Shown here piece after piece: positions 1-9,598 of a stretch of 64,000 nucleotides of DNA. The DNA comes from Candidatus Micrarchaeota archaeon. GTDB taxonomy: Archaea; Micrarchaeota; Micrarchaeia; Anstonellales; Anstonellaceae. The DNA is taken from assembly GCA_026396415.1 (NCBI GenBank), contig JAPLWX010000040.1, forward strand, positions 25,439 to 89,438, written 5' to 3'. Positions within the stretch are counted from its first letter, which is position 1; each line of letters starts with the position of its first letter. The notes beneath the pieces were generated by a model. The model was given only the letters and a program-made list of their open reading frames with translations, had not been told where the DNA came from and ran no database searches. Position numbers and translations under genes: made by a program.

Positions 1-63
1 GTCGTCCCAGCGGACCGTGTGCAATTTTAAGCCCAGCCCCGGAATATTGTGCGGTGATTCCGC

Positions 64-321
64 ATGGCTGACTATTTCGGCATTTTGGGGCTTGTCCTCA
101 TCCTCGCAGGCTGGGTTTGGGAATTCTACCAGGCGCTGAAAAGCAACACCGCGGGCGTGCCGCTCTCATTCGCGCTCCTGTACGGCGCGGGAAGCCTGCT
201 CCTCACATTGCACAGCATCCAGCTTGGAGACACCGTATTCATCATCCTCAACGCAGCGGCTACGCTCATCGCGGTGGCAAACGCGATTTTCGCAATAACG
301 CGCGGCAAGAGAAAGAGGTAA
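64..321 (+). CDS. Small 3-TM membrane protein (SemiSWEET/PQ-loop-like)
   Basis: 85 aa with three hydrophobic segments and a basic C-tail; GGTGA RBS upstream; family guess from size and topology only. Confidence 0.55.
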   Translation: MADYFGILGLVLILAGWVWEFYQALKSNTAGVPLSFALLYGAGSLLLTLHSIQLGDTVFIILNAAATLIAVANAIFAITRGKRKR

Positions 322-446
322 ACCTGGAGTTTAAGCGCGATTATAAGCTTTTTGAATGTAATTTGCCTGCCTTTCGTTTACACTATATGATATCATGAAT
401 ATATTGGAAGCCGCACGCGGCTTGTGACACTGGCGCAGGTGGGGAA

Positions 447-698
447 ATGGAAAAGAACATCGCGGAAGTTGTGGAGCTCATAAACAACGTGGCAGAGGAC
501 ACCTCGGTCCCGAAGAACATCCGCCGCGCGCTTGTGGAGGCGCGCGAGAGGCTCAAGACCAGCGAGGAGCTGTCCACCAAGGTGGGCTCGGCGGTGTATT
601 CCATAGAGGCGGTGTCCGAGGACATCAACATGCCCATGCACGCGCGCACGCAGATATGGACCATCCTCTCCGCGCTGGAATCGATAAAATCCCCATAG
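447..698 (+). CDS. UPF0147 family protein
   Basis: Motifs EDTSVPKNIRRA and DINMPMHARTQIWTILSALE typical of archaeal UPF0147. Confidence 0.9.
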   Translation: MEKNIAEVVELINNVAEDTSVPKNIRRALVEARERLKTSEELSTKVGSAVYSIEAVSEDINMPMHARTQIWTILSALESIKSP

Positions 699-822
699 GA
701 ATATATTTGCGAAGGCACAATAAACCAGCAATTCAGCCGCGCCGGCCCTGTGATGCAGGGTTGCCGCATTTCCCAGAAAGGGCCGCAATCGCCGAATGAG
801 GCACGAATTTGCGGGTGAACAA

Positions 823-2274
823 GTGAAATCCGACATAGACTCCATCTACGCCAAGGGCATCCGCCTCGCGCCTGACGCCTACGACTTTTTGGAAAAGTTC
901 GCGCTTGAGCCTGCCGCCCTTTTGAAAATCCTCTCCAGCGACAAGTTCATGCTCACCAAGGACGACATCGACGGCATACTCTCATCCGAGGAAAAAATCC
1001 CCACCGAAACAGTGGTGAGCCGCGCCCCCTCGTTCTCGCCCGAGGCAAAGGAATACTCTCCAAACTTCAGGGTGATTGAAAAATCAGACGTGAGCGGGAA
1101 ATCGCGCTGCACGGGCAAGCTCGAGGATTTCGTGGCGCACTTCCGCGACCGCTACGCGCGCATATCCAAGATTGTGCGCGCCCGCGCCACCCAGAATGCA
1201 ATCGTCAATACAAGCAAGCTCAAGTCCACCTCGGGCTCCAAGGTCCGCCTCATCGCCATGGTGAACAAGAAGCAGATGACGAAAAAAGGCAATGTCCTGC
1301 TTGAGGTGGAGGACGAGGAAGGCTCCGCAAAGGTGGTGGTGATGAAGGACACGCCTGGCTTCCATGTGCACCGCAAAATAATGAACGACGACATAATCGC
1401 GCTTGACGGGAAGAATGCGGACGAGCTTTTCATCTGCGACAATGTGGAGTGGCCCGACATCCCGGTCGCGCGCGAGTTTAGGAAAAGCGAAAGGGACGCC
1501 GGGATTGCCTACCTGTCTGACCTCCACATTGGCAGCAAGAAATTCCTCGAAGCCGAGTTTTCGCATTTCATAAGCTGGCTCAACGGCTCGGAAGGCAGGG
1601 CGGATTTGGCAGGCAAGGTGAAGTACATAATAATCGCAGGCGATGTCGCGGACGGCATCGGCATCTACCCCGAGCAGGAAAAGGAGCTTGCAGTGAAGGA
1701 CATCTACAAGCAGTACGAGATGTTCGACTCCTTCATGGAAAAAATCCCGGACTACATAACCGTGATAGTGGGGCCTGGCAACCACGACGCGGTGCGCAGG
1801 GCGGAGCCCCAGCCCATCATCCCGTACGACATGGTGAAAAGCAACGTGGTGCGCGTGGGCAGCCCGTCCCGCGTGGAAATAGAGGGGCTTCGCCACCTCA
1901 TATACCATGGCAACTCGCTCGACTCCATCATCGCGACCGGCGGGCTGACCTATGGCAAGCCCCACGAGGCGATGCTCGAGCTCGTGCGCCGCCGCCACCT
2001 CTCCCCCATCTACGGGCAGAACCTCATCGTGCCGGAAGACCACGATTACCTGGTGATAGAGGACGAGCCTGACATCGTGCACATGGGGCATGTCCACAAG
2101 AACGGGCACATGCTCTACCGCGGCACGCTTCTCCTGAACAGCGGCACATTCCAGGACAGGACGGACTTCCAGGTGAGGATGGGCCACGTGCCCTCGCCCG
2201 GGCTTGTGCCGATACTGGAAACAAAGACCGGCAAGGTGAATTACATAGGCTTCAAGGAAGGGGCGGGAACATGA
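823..2274 (+). CDS. polB: DNA polymerase II (PolD) small subunit DP1, proofreading exonuclease
   Basis: OB-fold region followed by calcineurin-like phosphoesterase motifs SDLHIGS, AGDVADGIG, PGNHD, YHGNS, HMGHVH, NSGTFQ; GTG823 follows GGGTGA RBS (ATG796 alternative). Confidence 0.95.
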   Translation: MKSDIDSIYAKGIRLAPDAYDFLEKFALEPAALLKILSSDKFMLTKDDIDGILSSEEKIPTETVVSRAPSFSPEAKEYSPNFRVIEKSDVSGKSRCTGKLEDFVAHFRDRYARISKIVRARATQNAIVNTSKLKSTSGSKVRLIAMVNKKQMTKKGNVLLEVEDEEGSAKVVVMKDTPGFHVHRKIMNDDIIALDGKNADELFICDNVEWPDIPVAREFRKSERDAGIAYLSDLHIGSKKFLEAEFSHFISWLNGSEGRADLAGKVKYIIIAGDVADGIGIYPEQEKELAVKDIYKQYEMFDSFMEKIPDYITVIVGPGNHDAVRRAEPQPIIPYDMVKSNVVRVGSPSRVEIEGLRHLIYHGNSLDSIIATGGLTYGKPHEAMLELVRRRHLSPIYGQNLIVPEDHDYLVIEDEPDIVHMGHVHKNGHMLYRGTLLLNSGTFQDRTDFQVRMGHVPSPGLVPILETKTGKVNYIGFKEGAGT

Positions 2275-2484
2275 CGGCAAGGGACAACGAATGCAGGGCA
2301 AGCCGCACAGCCAGCAAGGAAGGCGCTGGGCATGGCGCGAAGGGCAATGAATTCATGGCAAGCCGCGCAGGCGGCAAGGGGCGAGTGGGAACATGACGGA
2401 AAATGGCAAGGGCGGCATTCCCGCGGGCTTCCGCACTCCATCGCAAGGGGGAAGAAACATGACTGCAAGGGACGAGGAAATGCA
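2265..2484 (+). repeat. Triplicated polB-stop/polC-start junction containing a 41-codon mini-ORF (2271-2396)
   Basis: GGGAACATGACGGCAAGGGAC at 2265, GGGAACATGACGG at 2387, GAAACATGACTGCAAGGGAC at 2454; mini-ORF begins MTARD like DP2 and ends GT* like DP1. Confidence 0.75.
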
Positions 2485-5400
2485 AAAGTATTTCTCTGCC
2501 TTAAGCTCCGCACTTGAGCATGCCTACGCGGTGGCAGAGGAGGCGCGAAGCAAGGGGGCCGACCCTGCCCCCTTCGTGGAGATAAAGCGGGCAGCGGACG
2601 TTGCGGCGCGCGTGGAAGGGATTGTCGGGCCTCCAGGCATCACCGAAGTCATACGCGCGCTTGAGCGCGAGGGGCACAGCAGGCAGGCAATCGCGCACAT
2701 GGTGGTGCAAAAAATCGCGGCGGGCGAAATAATCAAGGGAAACAAGCAGAAGCTCATCGACCAGTCGGTGCGCACGGGCGTTGGCATATTGACCGAAGGC
2801 GTGCTTGTGGCCCCGACGGAAGGCATCAGCAAATTCGAAATCCGCAACAACCCTGACGGCAGCGACTACCTTGCAATTTATTTCGCAGGCCCCATCCGCT
2901 CGGCCGGCGGCACGGTGGCGGCGCTTGCCGTGGTGCTTGGCGATGTGGCGCGCAGGCAATTGGGGGTGGGCGACTTCCGCCCCACAGACGCCATGCTTGA
3001 GCGCTATGTCGAGGAAATCGAGGTATATGGCGCGCGCTCCGCGCACCTGCAGTACCGCCCTCCCGAGGCGGACATACGCCACATCGTGAAAAGCTGCCCC
3101 GTGTGCATTGATGGCGACCCGACAGAGGACGCGGAGGTGTCAGTGCACCGCGATGTGCCCGGCGTGGCAAGCAACCGCGTGCGCTCAGGCATAGCGCTTG
3201 TGATATGCGAGGGCATTGCCCAGAAAGCCGCAAAAGTCTCAAGGTACACAAAGAAAATCGGGCTGGACTGGGGCTGGATGGACTCCATCATAAAAGTGGC
3301 AAAAAAAGAGGGCAAGTTCGAGCCCAAGCCGGATTTCCGCTTCATCGACGAATCAGTGGCGGGCCGCGCGGTTTTCTCCTACCCATCCGCAAAGGGCGGC
3401 TGGCGGCTGCGCTATGGCCGTTGCCGCGGCAGCGGGATAATGGGGAAATCCGTGCATCCTGCAAGCATGTACGTGCTTGACTCATTTCTTGCCGTGGGCA
3501 CGCAGATGAAAATAGAGCGCCCTGGCAAAAGCACGGTGATAACGCCGTGCGACTCCATACTCGGCCCCGTTGTGAAGCTCAAGGACGGCTCGGTAGTCGA
3601 GGTGGTGTCCTCGGACGAGGCGCAGAAGCTGCTGCCGAATGTGGAGCGCATACTTTTCCTGGGAGACATGCTGGTCTCCGTCGGAGACTTTTTGAAAAGC
3701 AATCATCCGCTTTTTCCCGCTGCCTGGTGCGAGGAGAGGCTGAAGCTCATGGCAAAAAAAGCAGGCGTGCAGCCCCCCCGCCAGGATTGCCCGGCAGGCG
3801 AAGCAGTGGCATTTGCGCGCAAAACCTCGCTGCCGCTTCACCCGCGCTACACATACTTCTGGCACGACATAACGCACGAGCAGCTGAAGGGGCTTGCGCT
3901 CTGGCTGAAGACCGGCAAGCCCATCTACGGGCTTCTCAGGCTCGAGTCATTCGAGCTGGAATCCTCCCCTGCGAAAGCAGTGCTTGAGGAGCTTTGCGTG
4001 CCGCACAGCGTGCAGGAGGGCAGGATACGGCTTGCAGGCGAGCATGCCTATGCGCTCCTGAAAACAATGGGCATAATGGTCGACAAGAAAATCACAGCGG
4101 AAAAATTCGATGCGCTTTTCGACGAGAAAAAGCCGGTGCTGGACATCCTCTCCGCGCTATCGGGCATGAGGATAATGCCAAAGGCGCCGACATACATCGG
4201 TTCGCGCATGGGCAGGCCGGAAAAGGCGCGCGAGCGGCGGATGAAAAAGAGCGTGAATGTGCTTTTCCCAATAGGCGCGCACATTGACAAGAACGCGTCC
4301 ATCAGCCGCGCATATGCCAAGCTCCTCGCAAAAGGCGGGCGCGACGGGCGCGGGGTGGAGGTGGAAATCGCGCGCATGCGCTGCGCCTCGTGCGGCAACA
4401 CGACGTTCTCACCGTTGTGCGCATGCGGAGGGCGCGCAGTGCCCATCACGGTCTGCCCGAAATGCGGGCGCCCAAAAAACAGCGAGGACTGCTCCGAATG
4501 CCATGTTGCGACAAAGCACTATGACAAGCGCGCAGTGGACATCATCAAGCTGTTCGAGCGCGCCTCAGAGCGCACTGGCATTGACGCCACAAAGTCTGCA
4601 GACATAAAAGGCGTGGAGGGGCTCTTCTCATCGTCAAAAACACCGGAGCCTTTGGAAAAAGGCTTCCTGCGCGCAATGCACAAGGTGTTCGTGTTCCGCG
4701 ACGGCACCTGCCGCTTCGATGCAACCGACATCCCGCTCACGCACTTCCGCCCGGACGAGATGGGCATAAGCGTGGGGCAGGCTCTTTCATTCGGCTACAC
4801 GCACGACAAGGACGGACGGCCCCTGGAGCGCGCATCTCAGGTAGTGGCGCTGAATGCGCAGGATATCATCCTTTCGCGGAGCGGCGCGCACTACCTTTTC
4901 CAGGTGTCCAAGTTCATCGACGACCTGCTTGAGAGGCACTACGGCATGCCGCGCTTCTACAACTTGTCCCGCGAGGAGGACATATTGGGGCACCTGGTGA
5001 TCGGCCTTTCGCCGCACACATCTGCAGGGGTGCTTGCGCGCGTGGTGGGCTTCACCGACGCGCATGTGGGCTTTGCGCACCCGTACTTCCACACTGCAAA
5101 AAGAAGGAACTGCGATGGTGATGAAGACACAGTAATACTTTTGATGGACGGGCTCCTCAATTTCTCGCGCGCCTTCCTTCCCGAGTCGCGCGGCGGCACC
5201 ATGGACGCGCCATTGGTGCTTACGACCGAGCTTGACCCGGACGAAGTGGACGACGAGGCGCATTCCATGGAAGTGTGCTCGACCTACCCCCTCGAGCTTT
5301 ACGAGCTCTCGGACAAGTACGCCTCTCCCTCTGAGCTGAAGCTCGACACTGTCAAAATGCTGCTGGGGGCGCCAGCGCAATACGGCTCGCTTGCCTACTC

Positions 5401-5857
5401 GCACGAAACCGCGGACGTGTCCGCAGGGCCGCACCAGAGCACCTACCTGAAATTCAAGGACATGGGCGAGAAAATCGAGGCGCAATTCACGCTGCAGGAA
5501 AAGATACGCGCGGTGAACCCCGCTGACGCCGCGGAGCGGCTCCTTCTCCACCATTTCTTCCCGGACCTCTACGGGAACCTGCGCTCGTTCTCCCAGCAGG
5601 AGTTCCGCTGCCTGGACTGCAAGGTGAAATACCGCCGCGTGCCCCTCTCTGGCAAATGCAACGCGTGCGGGGGCAAGCTCCTCCTCACCATAAACAAGGG
5701 CGGGATAACCAAATACCTCGACCACGCCGAGCGCCTCATCGCGCGCTACAGCCTTCCCGCCTACATGAAGCAGAGGATGGAGCTTTTCAGGAAGGACATC
5801 GGGAGCATCTTCACCGAGGAGCCGGAGAAGCAGAAAGGGCTGGCGGAGTTCATGTGA
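2459..5857 (+). CDS. polC: DNA polymerase II (PolD) large subunit DP2
   Basis: YFAGPIRSAGGT, IGSRMGRPEKA, VFRDGTCRFD, catalytic KRRNCDGDED, GGTMDAPLVL, Zn fingers, C-terminal PIP-box-like QKGLAEFM; alternative in-frame start 2393. Confidence 0.97.
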   Translation: MTARDEEMQKYFSALSSALEHAYAVAEEARSKGADPAPFVEIKRAADVAARVEGIVGPPGITEVIRALEREGHSRQAIAHMVVQKIAAGEIIKGNKQKLIDQSVRTGVGILTEGVLVAPTEGISKFEIRNNPDGSDYLAIYFAGPIRSAGGTVAALAVVLGDVARRQLGVGDFRPTDAMLERYVEEIEVYGARSAHLQYRPPEADIRHIVKSCPVCIDGDPTEDAEVSVHRDVPGVASNRVRSGIALVICEGIAQKAAKVSRYTKKIGLDWGWMDSIIKVAKKEGKFEPKPDFRFIDESVAGRAVFSYPSAKGGWRLRYGRCRGSGIMGKSVHPASMYVLDSFLAVGTQMKIERPGKSTVITPCDSILGPVVKLKDGSVVEVVSSDEAQKLLPNVERILFLGDMLVSVGDFLKSNHPLFPAAWCEERLKLMAKKAGVQPPRQDCPAGEAVAFARKTSLPLHPRYTYFWHDITHEQLKGLALWLKTGKPIYGLLRLESFELESSPAKAVLEELCVPHSVQEGRIRLAGEHAYALLKTMGIMVDKKITAEKFDALFDEKKPVLDILSALSGMRIMPKAPTYIGSRMGRPEKARERRMKKSVNVLFPIGAHIDKNASISRAYAKLLAKGGRDGRGVEVEIARMRCASCGNTTFSPLCACGGRAVPITVCPKCGRPKNSEDCSECHVATKHYDKRAVDIIKLFERASERTGIDATKSADIKGVEGLFSSSKTPEPLEKGFLRAMHKVFVFRDGTCRFDATDIPLTHFRPDEMGISVGQALSFGYTHDKDGRPLERASQVVALNAQDIILSRSGAHYLFQVSKFIDDLLERHYGMPRFYNLSREEDILGHLVIGLSPHTSAGVLARVVGFTDAHVGFAHPYFHTAKRRNCDGDEDTVILLMDGLLNFSRAFLPESRGGTMDAPLVLTTELDPDEVDDEAHSMEVCSTYPLELYELSDKYASPSELKLDTVKMLLGAPAQYGSLAYSHETADVSAGPHQSTYLKFKDMGEKIEAQFTLQEKIRAVNPADAAERLLLHHFFPDLYGNLRSFSQQEFRCLDCKVKYRRVPLSGKCNACGGKLLLTINKGGITKYLDHAERLIARYSLPAYMKQRMELFRKDIGSIFTEEPEKQKGLAEFM

Positions 5858-5900
5858 TTGCCATTTAATAGTATTGGTTTCGAAATCCTGGTTGGTTCAT

Positions 5901-6428
5901 ATGCAGATAATCAAAATCCCCTCAGAGCGCGTGGGCGCGCTTCTTGGCGAGTCAGGCGAGACCAAGGACTACCTCGAGCGCAGGATGAAGGTGAGCATCA
6001 GCGCTGACTCGGACGGCGCAGTGGAGATAAACGGCGAGCCTCTTGACGAGTTCATTGGCAAGGACATCGTGAAGGCTATCGGCAGGGGGTTTGAGCCTGC
6101 AGTTGCGCTCCGCCTCCTTTCCGACGACTATGGCTTCAAGCTCATCGACCTTCGCGACTATGCTGGGAACGAGAACGCGCGCCACCGCATCATGGGGCGC
6201 GTGATAGGCGAGAAGGGGCGCACCAAGGAGATAATAAAGGAGGAAGTGGGCGCGGACGTGGTGTGCTACGGGCACACCGTGGGCGTGATTTGCGCAGTGG
6301 ACACGCTCAACTACGCGATGGAGGCGATCTTTCGGATAATCGAGGGCTCCAACCACGCATCCGTGTACGCCTATCTCGAGAAATGCAGGCGCAAGATAAA
6401 GGAGGAGGAAGTGCGGAAGCTGTTTTAG
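5901..6428 (+). CDS. KH-domain rRNA-processing protein (archaeal Dim2/Pno1-like)
   Basis: KIPSERVGALLG, VKAIGRGF, RIMGRVIGEKGRTKEII, GSNHASVYAYLE. Confidence 0.9.
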   Translation: MQIIKIPSERVGALLGESGETKDYLERRMKVSISADSDGAVEINGEPLDEFIGKDIVKAIGRGFEPAVALRLLSDDYGFKLIDLRDYAGNENARHRIMGRVIGEKGRTKEIIKEEVGADVVCYGHTVGVICAVDTLNYAMEAIFRIIEGSNHASVYAYLEKCRRKIKEEEVRKLF

Positions 6429-6431
6429 CGG

Positions 6432-7625
6432 ATGGCGCATACCATGGGGCTGTTATCCGGAATCAAGCAAAACGTCCTGGTTCTTGGCGTGGTGAGCTTC
6501 CTCACCGACGTTTCATCGGAAATGATTTTCCCAATCCTCCCTGTTTTCCTCACCACAATATTGGGCGCAAGCACTGCCGCAGTGGGGCTTATAGAGGGCA
6601 TTGCGGACAGCGCCAGTTCCCTCCTGGACATCTTCATGGGCTACTGGTCCGACTCGTCAGGCAGGCGCAGGAAATTCGTGATGGCCGGCTACGGGCTTTC
6701 CTCATTTTCCAAGCTCGGCATTGCGCTTGCCTACACCTGGCCCATGGTGCTGGTTTTCCGCGCCGTGGAGCGTATTGGGAAAAGCATCAGGACATCGCCG
6801 CGCGACGCAATCATCGCAGCCTCTTCCACCCGCGCCACGCGCGGCAAGGCATTCGGGCTCCACCGTGCAATGGACACGCTTGGCGCAGTGGCAGGCCCTG
6901 CAATTGCCTACGTGATACTTGCATGGATGGGCAGCACAGAAGCAGGCTACCGCACAGTTTTCTACTCGGCAATCATCCCGGCATTCCTCGCAGTGGCTGC
7001 AATCTGGCTTTTCGTGCGCGAGCCGCGCGCAAAGGCGCAGCCTTCTGAAAAGGACAAGGCTAAGGGAATCGGCTTTTGGCAAAAGCTCCGGCTTCTCCCT
7101 CCCAACTACATGCGCTTCCTCAAGATTTCCTGCCTGTTCTCGCTTGCCTATTTCTCATTCGCTCTCCTCATCGTGCGCGCATCAGAACTGGGCATTTCCA
7201 CTGAGAACATATTGCTTGTCTATATCCTCTACAACATAGTGTACATGCTCGCCTCAATGCCTGTCGGCCAGCTTTCCGACAGGCTGGGCAGGAAGCCAGT
7301 CATCGCAGGCTCCTTCCTCCTTTACGCGCTCATCTGCGTGGGCTTCATATTCGCAGGCTCCCTCTGGCAAATCGCAGCGCTTTTTGCGGTTTACGGGGTT
7401 TTCGTGGCTGCGGACGAGTCCGTGAACAAGGCGTACGTCTCCGACATGGTGGGTGAAAAGCAGAGGGGAATCGCGCTTGGCGCCTACAATTCCGCGGTGG
7501 GCGCGGTCTACCTTCCCGCAAGCGCCATATTCGGCGCGCTCTGGGCGGCTGCAGGCGCGCCGCTGGCATTCGGCGTTGCGGCTGCCATTGCAGTTGCCGC
7601 TGGCGTTTATCTCCTGGCAAAATAA
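6432..7625 (+). CDS. MFS transporter
   Basis: About 12 TM segments; motif A-like GYWSDSSGRRR and GQLSDRLGRK; SEMIFPILP and RTSPRDA signatures. Confidence 0.92.
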   Translation: MAHTMGLLSGIKQNVLVLGVVSFLTDVSSEMIFPILPVFLTTILGASTAAVGLIEGIADSASSLLDIFMGYWSDSSGRRRKFVMAGYGLSSFSKLGIALAYTWPMVLVFRAVERIGKSIRTSPRDAIIAASSTRATRGKAFGLHRAMDTLGAVAGPAIAYVILAWMGSTEAGYRTVFYSAIIPAFLAVAAIWLFVREPRAKAQPSEKDKAKGIGFWQKLRLLPPNYMRFLKISCLFSLAYFSFALLIVRASELGISTENILLVYILYNIVYMLASMPVGQLSDRLGRKPVIAGSFLLYALICVGFIFAGSLWQIAALFAVYGVFVAADESVNKAYVSDMVGEKQRGIALGAYNSAVGAVYLPASAIFGALWAAAGAPLAFGVAAAIAVAAGVYLLAK

Positions 7626-7628
7626 GGC

Positions 7629-9428
7629 TTACTGCTCCGGTTTCTCAAGAAGGGACGGGAAAAGGCCATCCACGCCGTTCCTAACCGCGACCGCCTTGAT
7701 TTCAGGCAGTTCCTGGTTGTTCACCCTGTTCATGAATTTCTTGCTGCTTTCCTTTCCGCCCACAAAATAGACGATGGGCATTGCCCCATCCTTCACGTCG
7801 ATTATCATCCTCTTCTCGCTGTTCCTGCCCAGGCTCAGCCTCACCAATACGAACTGGCTGCTATTGTTCCCAATCACCCTTCCGTGGTGCGTCAGACCCC
7901 CGCTGTATGTTTCTTGGATTATTTTCCTGGTCAGCATCCCGTTTTTCAGGTACATCTCGGCAAGCTCCCTCAGGCGATTCAGGAAAGGCTCGCTCAGCTG
8001 GTTTTTCGCCTTGAGCTCGTCCTTGAAAATGATTCGAGCACTTTCGAAGAACCTGGCCATCGCCTGCTTCTTTCCAGCATCCTTGGGTTCCTGCTCAATC
8101 TGCTTTTTCAGCTTCACAAACTTGGGCAGGCCCTCTATTTCAATCTCAAGCAGGTGCTCCTTCCACTTCTCCGCCGTATACCTGTTTTCACCGTGCCTGC
8201 GCGCATCTCCTTCCTTTTTCTTCTGGCGCTTCTCAATGCTGGCAAGCTCTTGTTCCAGCCTCTGCTTCAGGCAGCCCAGCTCGGTTATGCACTCGTCAAT
8301 TTTGGCGCGTTCACCCGCCGCTTTCCCGTCCGCTTTCATGGAAGCCATTTCAGCGGTGGCCTTGTCCCGAATCGCAATCGCGGCATCAAGGGCGCCCACC
8401 TCCTTCGCATAGGCGGCAATCGATTCGGCAATCGCGGCATGGTGCTCTGGGAACGAGTTTATCAGAAAAATAATGGATTTGGCAATCTCAATCGAATTGC
8501 CGCAAATTTCGCAAGATTGCTTGCTGCGCTCATAAGGCGTATTGCCGTTGCCAGCCTTCCTTGTGGCGTTCATGACGTTTGTCGCCGCCTTGTTCGCCTT
8601 TTCCACCGGTTCCATGACCGGCCTCAGTTGTGCATATGCAAGCTTGGCTGATGTCCGCAGGGACTTTATCCTCTCTGCCATGCCCTTCTCAATCGAATCG
8701 CCCATGTCGGCATCCAGCTTCTTTGCCTTTATGATTTCGTAAAGCTCGGGGGAATCCGAGGCCAAACCGAAGATGCCCTCCTGGCAATATGTCTCCACTA
8801 GCCTGCCAGCATACTCGCTCAAGCCAGAATAAGCCTCATTCAGGTGAACCAATGCGCTTTGGCAATACGATATGAGCTTGGCAGATGGGGCCGGGGACAT
8901 TTTTCCAAGGTCAATTGCAATGCCCTTGCTTATGAGCATTCCATCCTTGGCTATCTTTTCCGAGCACTTTTCCACCTGCTCGGCGGCCAATGGGATCTTT
9001 ACCGCCTCGATTGCGCACCGTTCTTCCAGCTTCAAAATCAGCCTATTTCCCTCGTCTGCCTTTGTGCACACTTCGAAAATCGCCTTTGCGCACCTCTTGA
9101 TGATTGCTACATGGCGCTCGACATCCTTGCGGCTTCCCTCCACTCTGGTTTGGAGCCTCATGGTTTCCCTCGTGCCAGTGTCGATTTTCTCGGTCAGGTC
9201 CTGCCTGGTTGCCCTTGCTTCCTGCAGCGCCTCGTTGCATTTCCAGAGCGCTACCTCTATCATTGCCGCGGGGTCTGCGCCATGCCCCTCCCGCTTGAAT
9301 TTGCTGCGGAACTCCCCTATCGACTCCCGGGGTATCCGGGTTATGGGTTTGTGCGGGAAACTGGCGGAGATTACCTTGATTGAATCAGAATGATGCTTCT
9401 TGGCTGGGCTGATGGCAAGATATTTCAT
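7629..9428 (-). CDS. Hypothetical long coiled-coil protein with possible RelE/ParE-like C-terminal domain
   Basis: Long ORF, heptad-rich helical body; ATG9428 after purine-rich RBS; C-terminal VRLSLG..KRMIIDV..IVYFVGGK pattern. Confidence 0.6.
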   Translation of the reverse strand: MKYLAISPAKKHHSDSIKVISASFPHKPITRIPRESIGEFRSKFKREGHGADPAAMIEVALWKCNEALQEARATRQDLTEKIDTGTRETMRLQTRVEGSRKDVERHVAIIKRCAKAIFEVCTKADEGNRLILKLEERCAIEAVKIPLAAEQVEKCSEKIAKDGMLISKGIAIDLGKMSPAPSAKLISYCQSALVHLNEAYSGLSEYAGRLVETYCQEGIFGLASDSPELYEIIKAKKLDADMGDSIEKGMAERIKSLRTSAKLAYAQLRPVMEPVEKANKAATNVMNATRKAGNGNTPYERSKQSCEICGNSIEIAKSIIFLINSFPEHHAAIAESIAAYAKEVGALDAAIAIRDKATAEMASMKADGKAAGERAKIDECITELGCLKQRLEQELASIEKRQKKKEGDARRHGENRYTAEKWKEHLLEIEIEGLPKFVKLKKQIEQEPKDAGKKQAMARFFESARIIFKDELKAKNQLSEPFLNRLRELAEMYLKNGMLTRKIIQETYSGGLTHHGRVIGNNSSQFVLVRLSLGRNSEKRMIIDVKDGAMPIVYFVGGKESSKKFMNRVNNQELPEIKAVAVRNGVDGLFPSLLEKPEQ

Positions 9429-9598
9429 GTCTTTCCCTTCATCTAGTGTTGCAATTAATTTATAAACATGTGTATGGTTCGCGCCACCGCCGTGCGGATG
9501 GCAGCGCATTATTCGCCAAACCACAACCAATATTAAATACCGCCTCGAAGTTTAATCGACCAGTTCAGGAAAAAGCAATATGCTTACAAAGTGGTTAG

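Noticed and set aside
5095..5130. Possible intein at the classic PolD DP2 site (KRRN|CDGDED)
   Set aside because: The motif is contiguous; there is no insertion.
9300..9428. Leader-like PHKPITRIPRESI in the coiled-coil protein
   Set aside because: Lacks the Trp and the P-x-x-K-x2-P-x7-R spacing; not counted as a sixth member.
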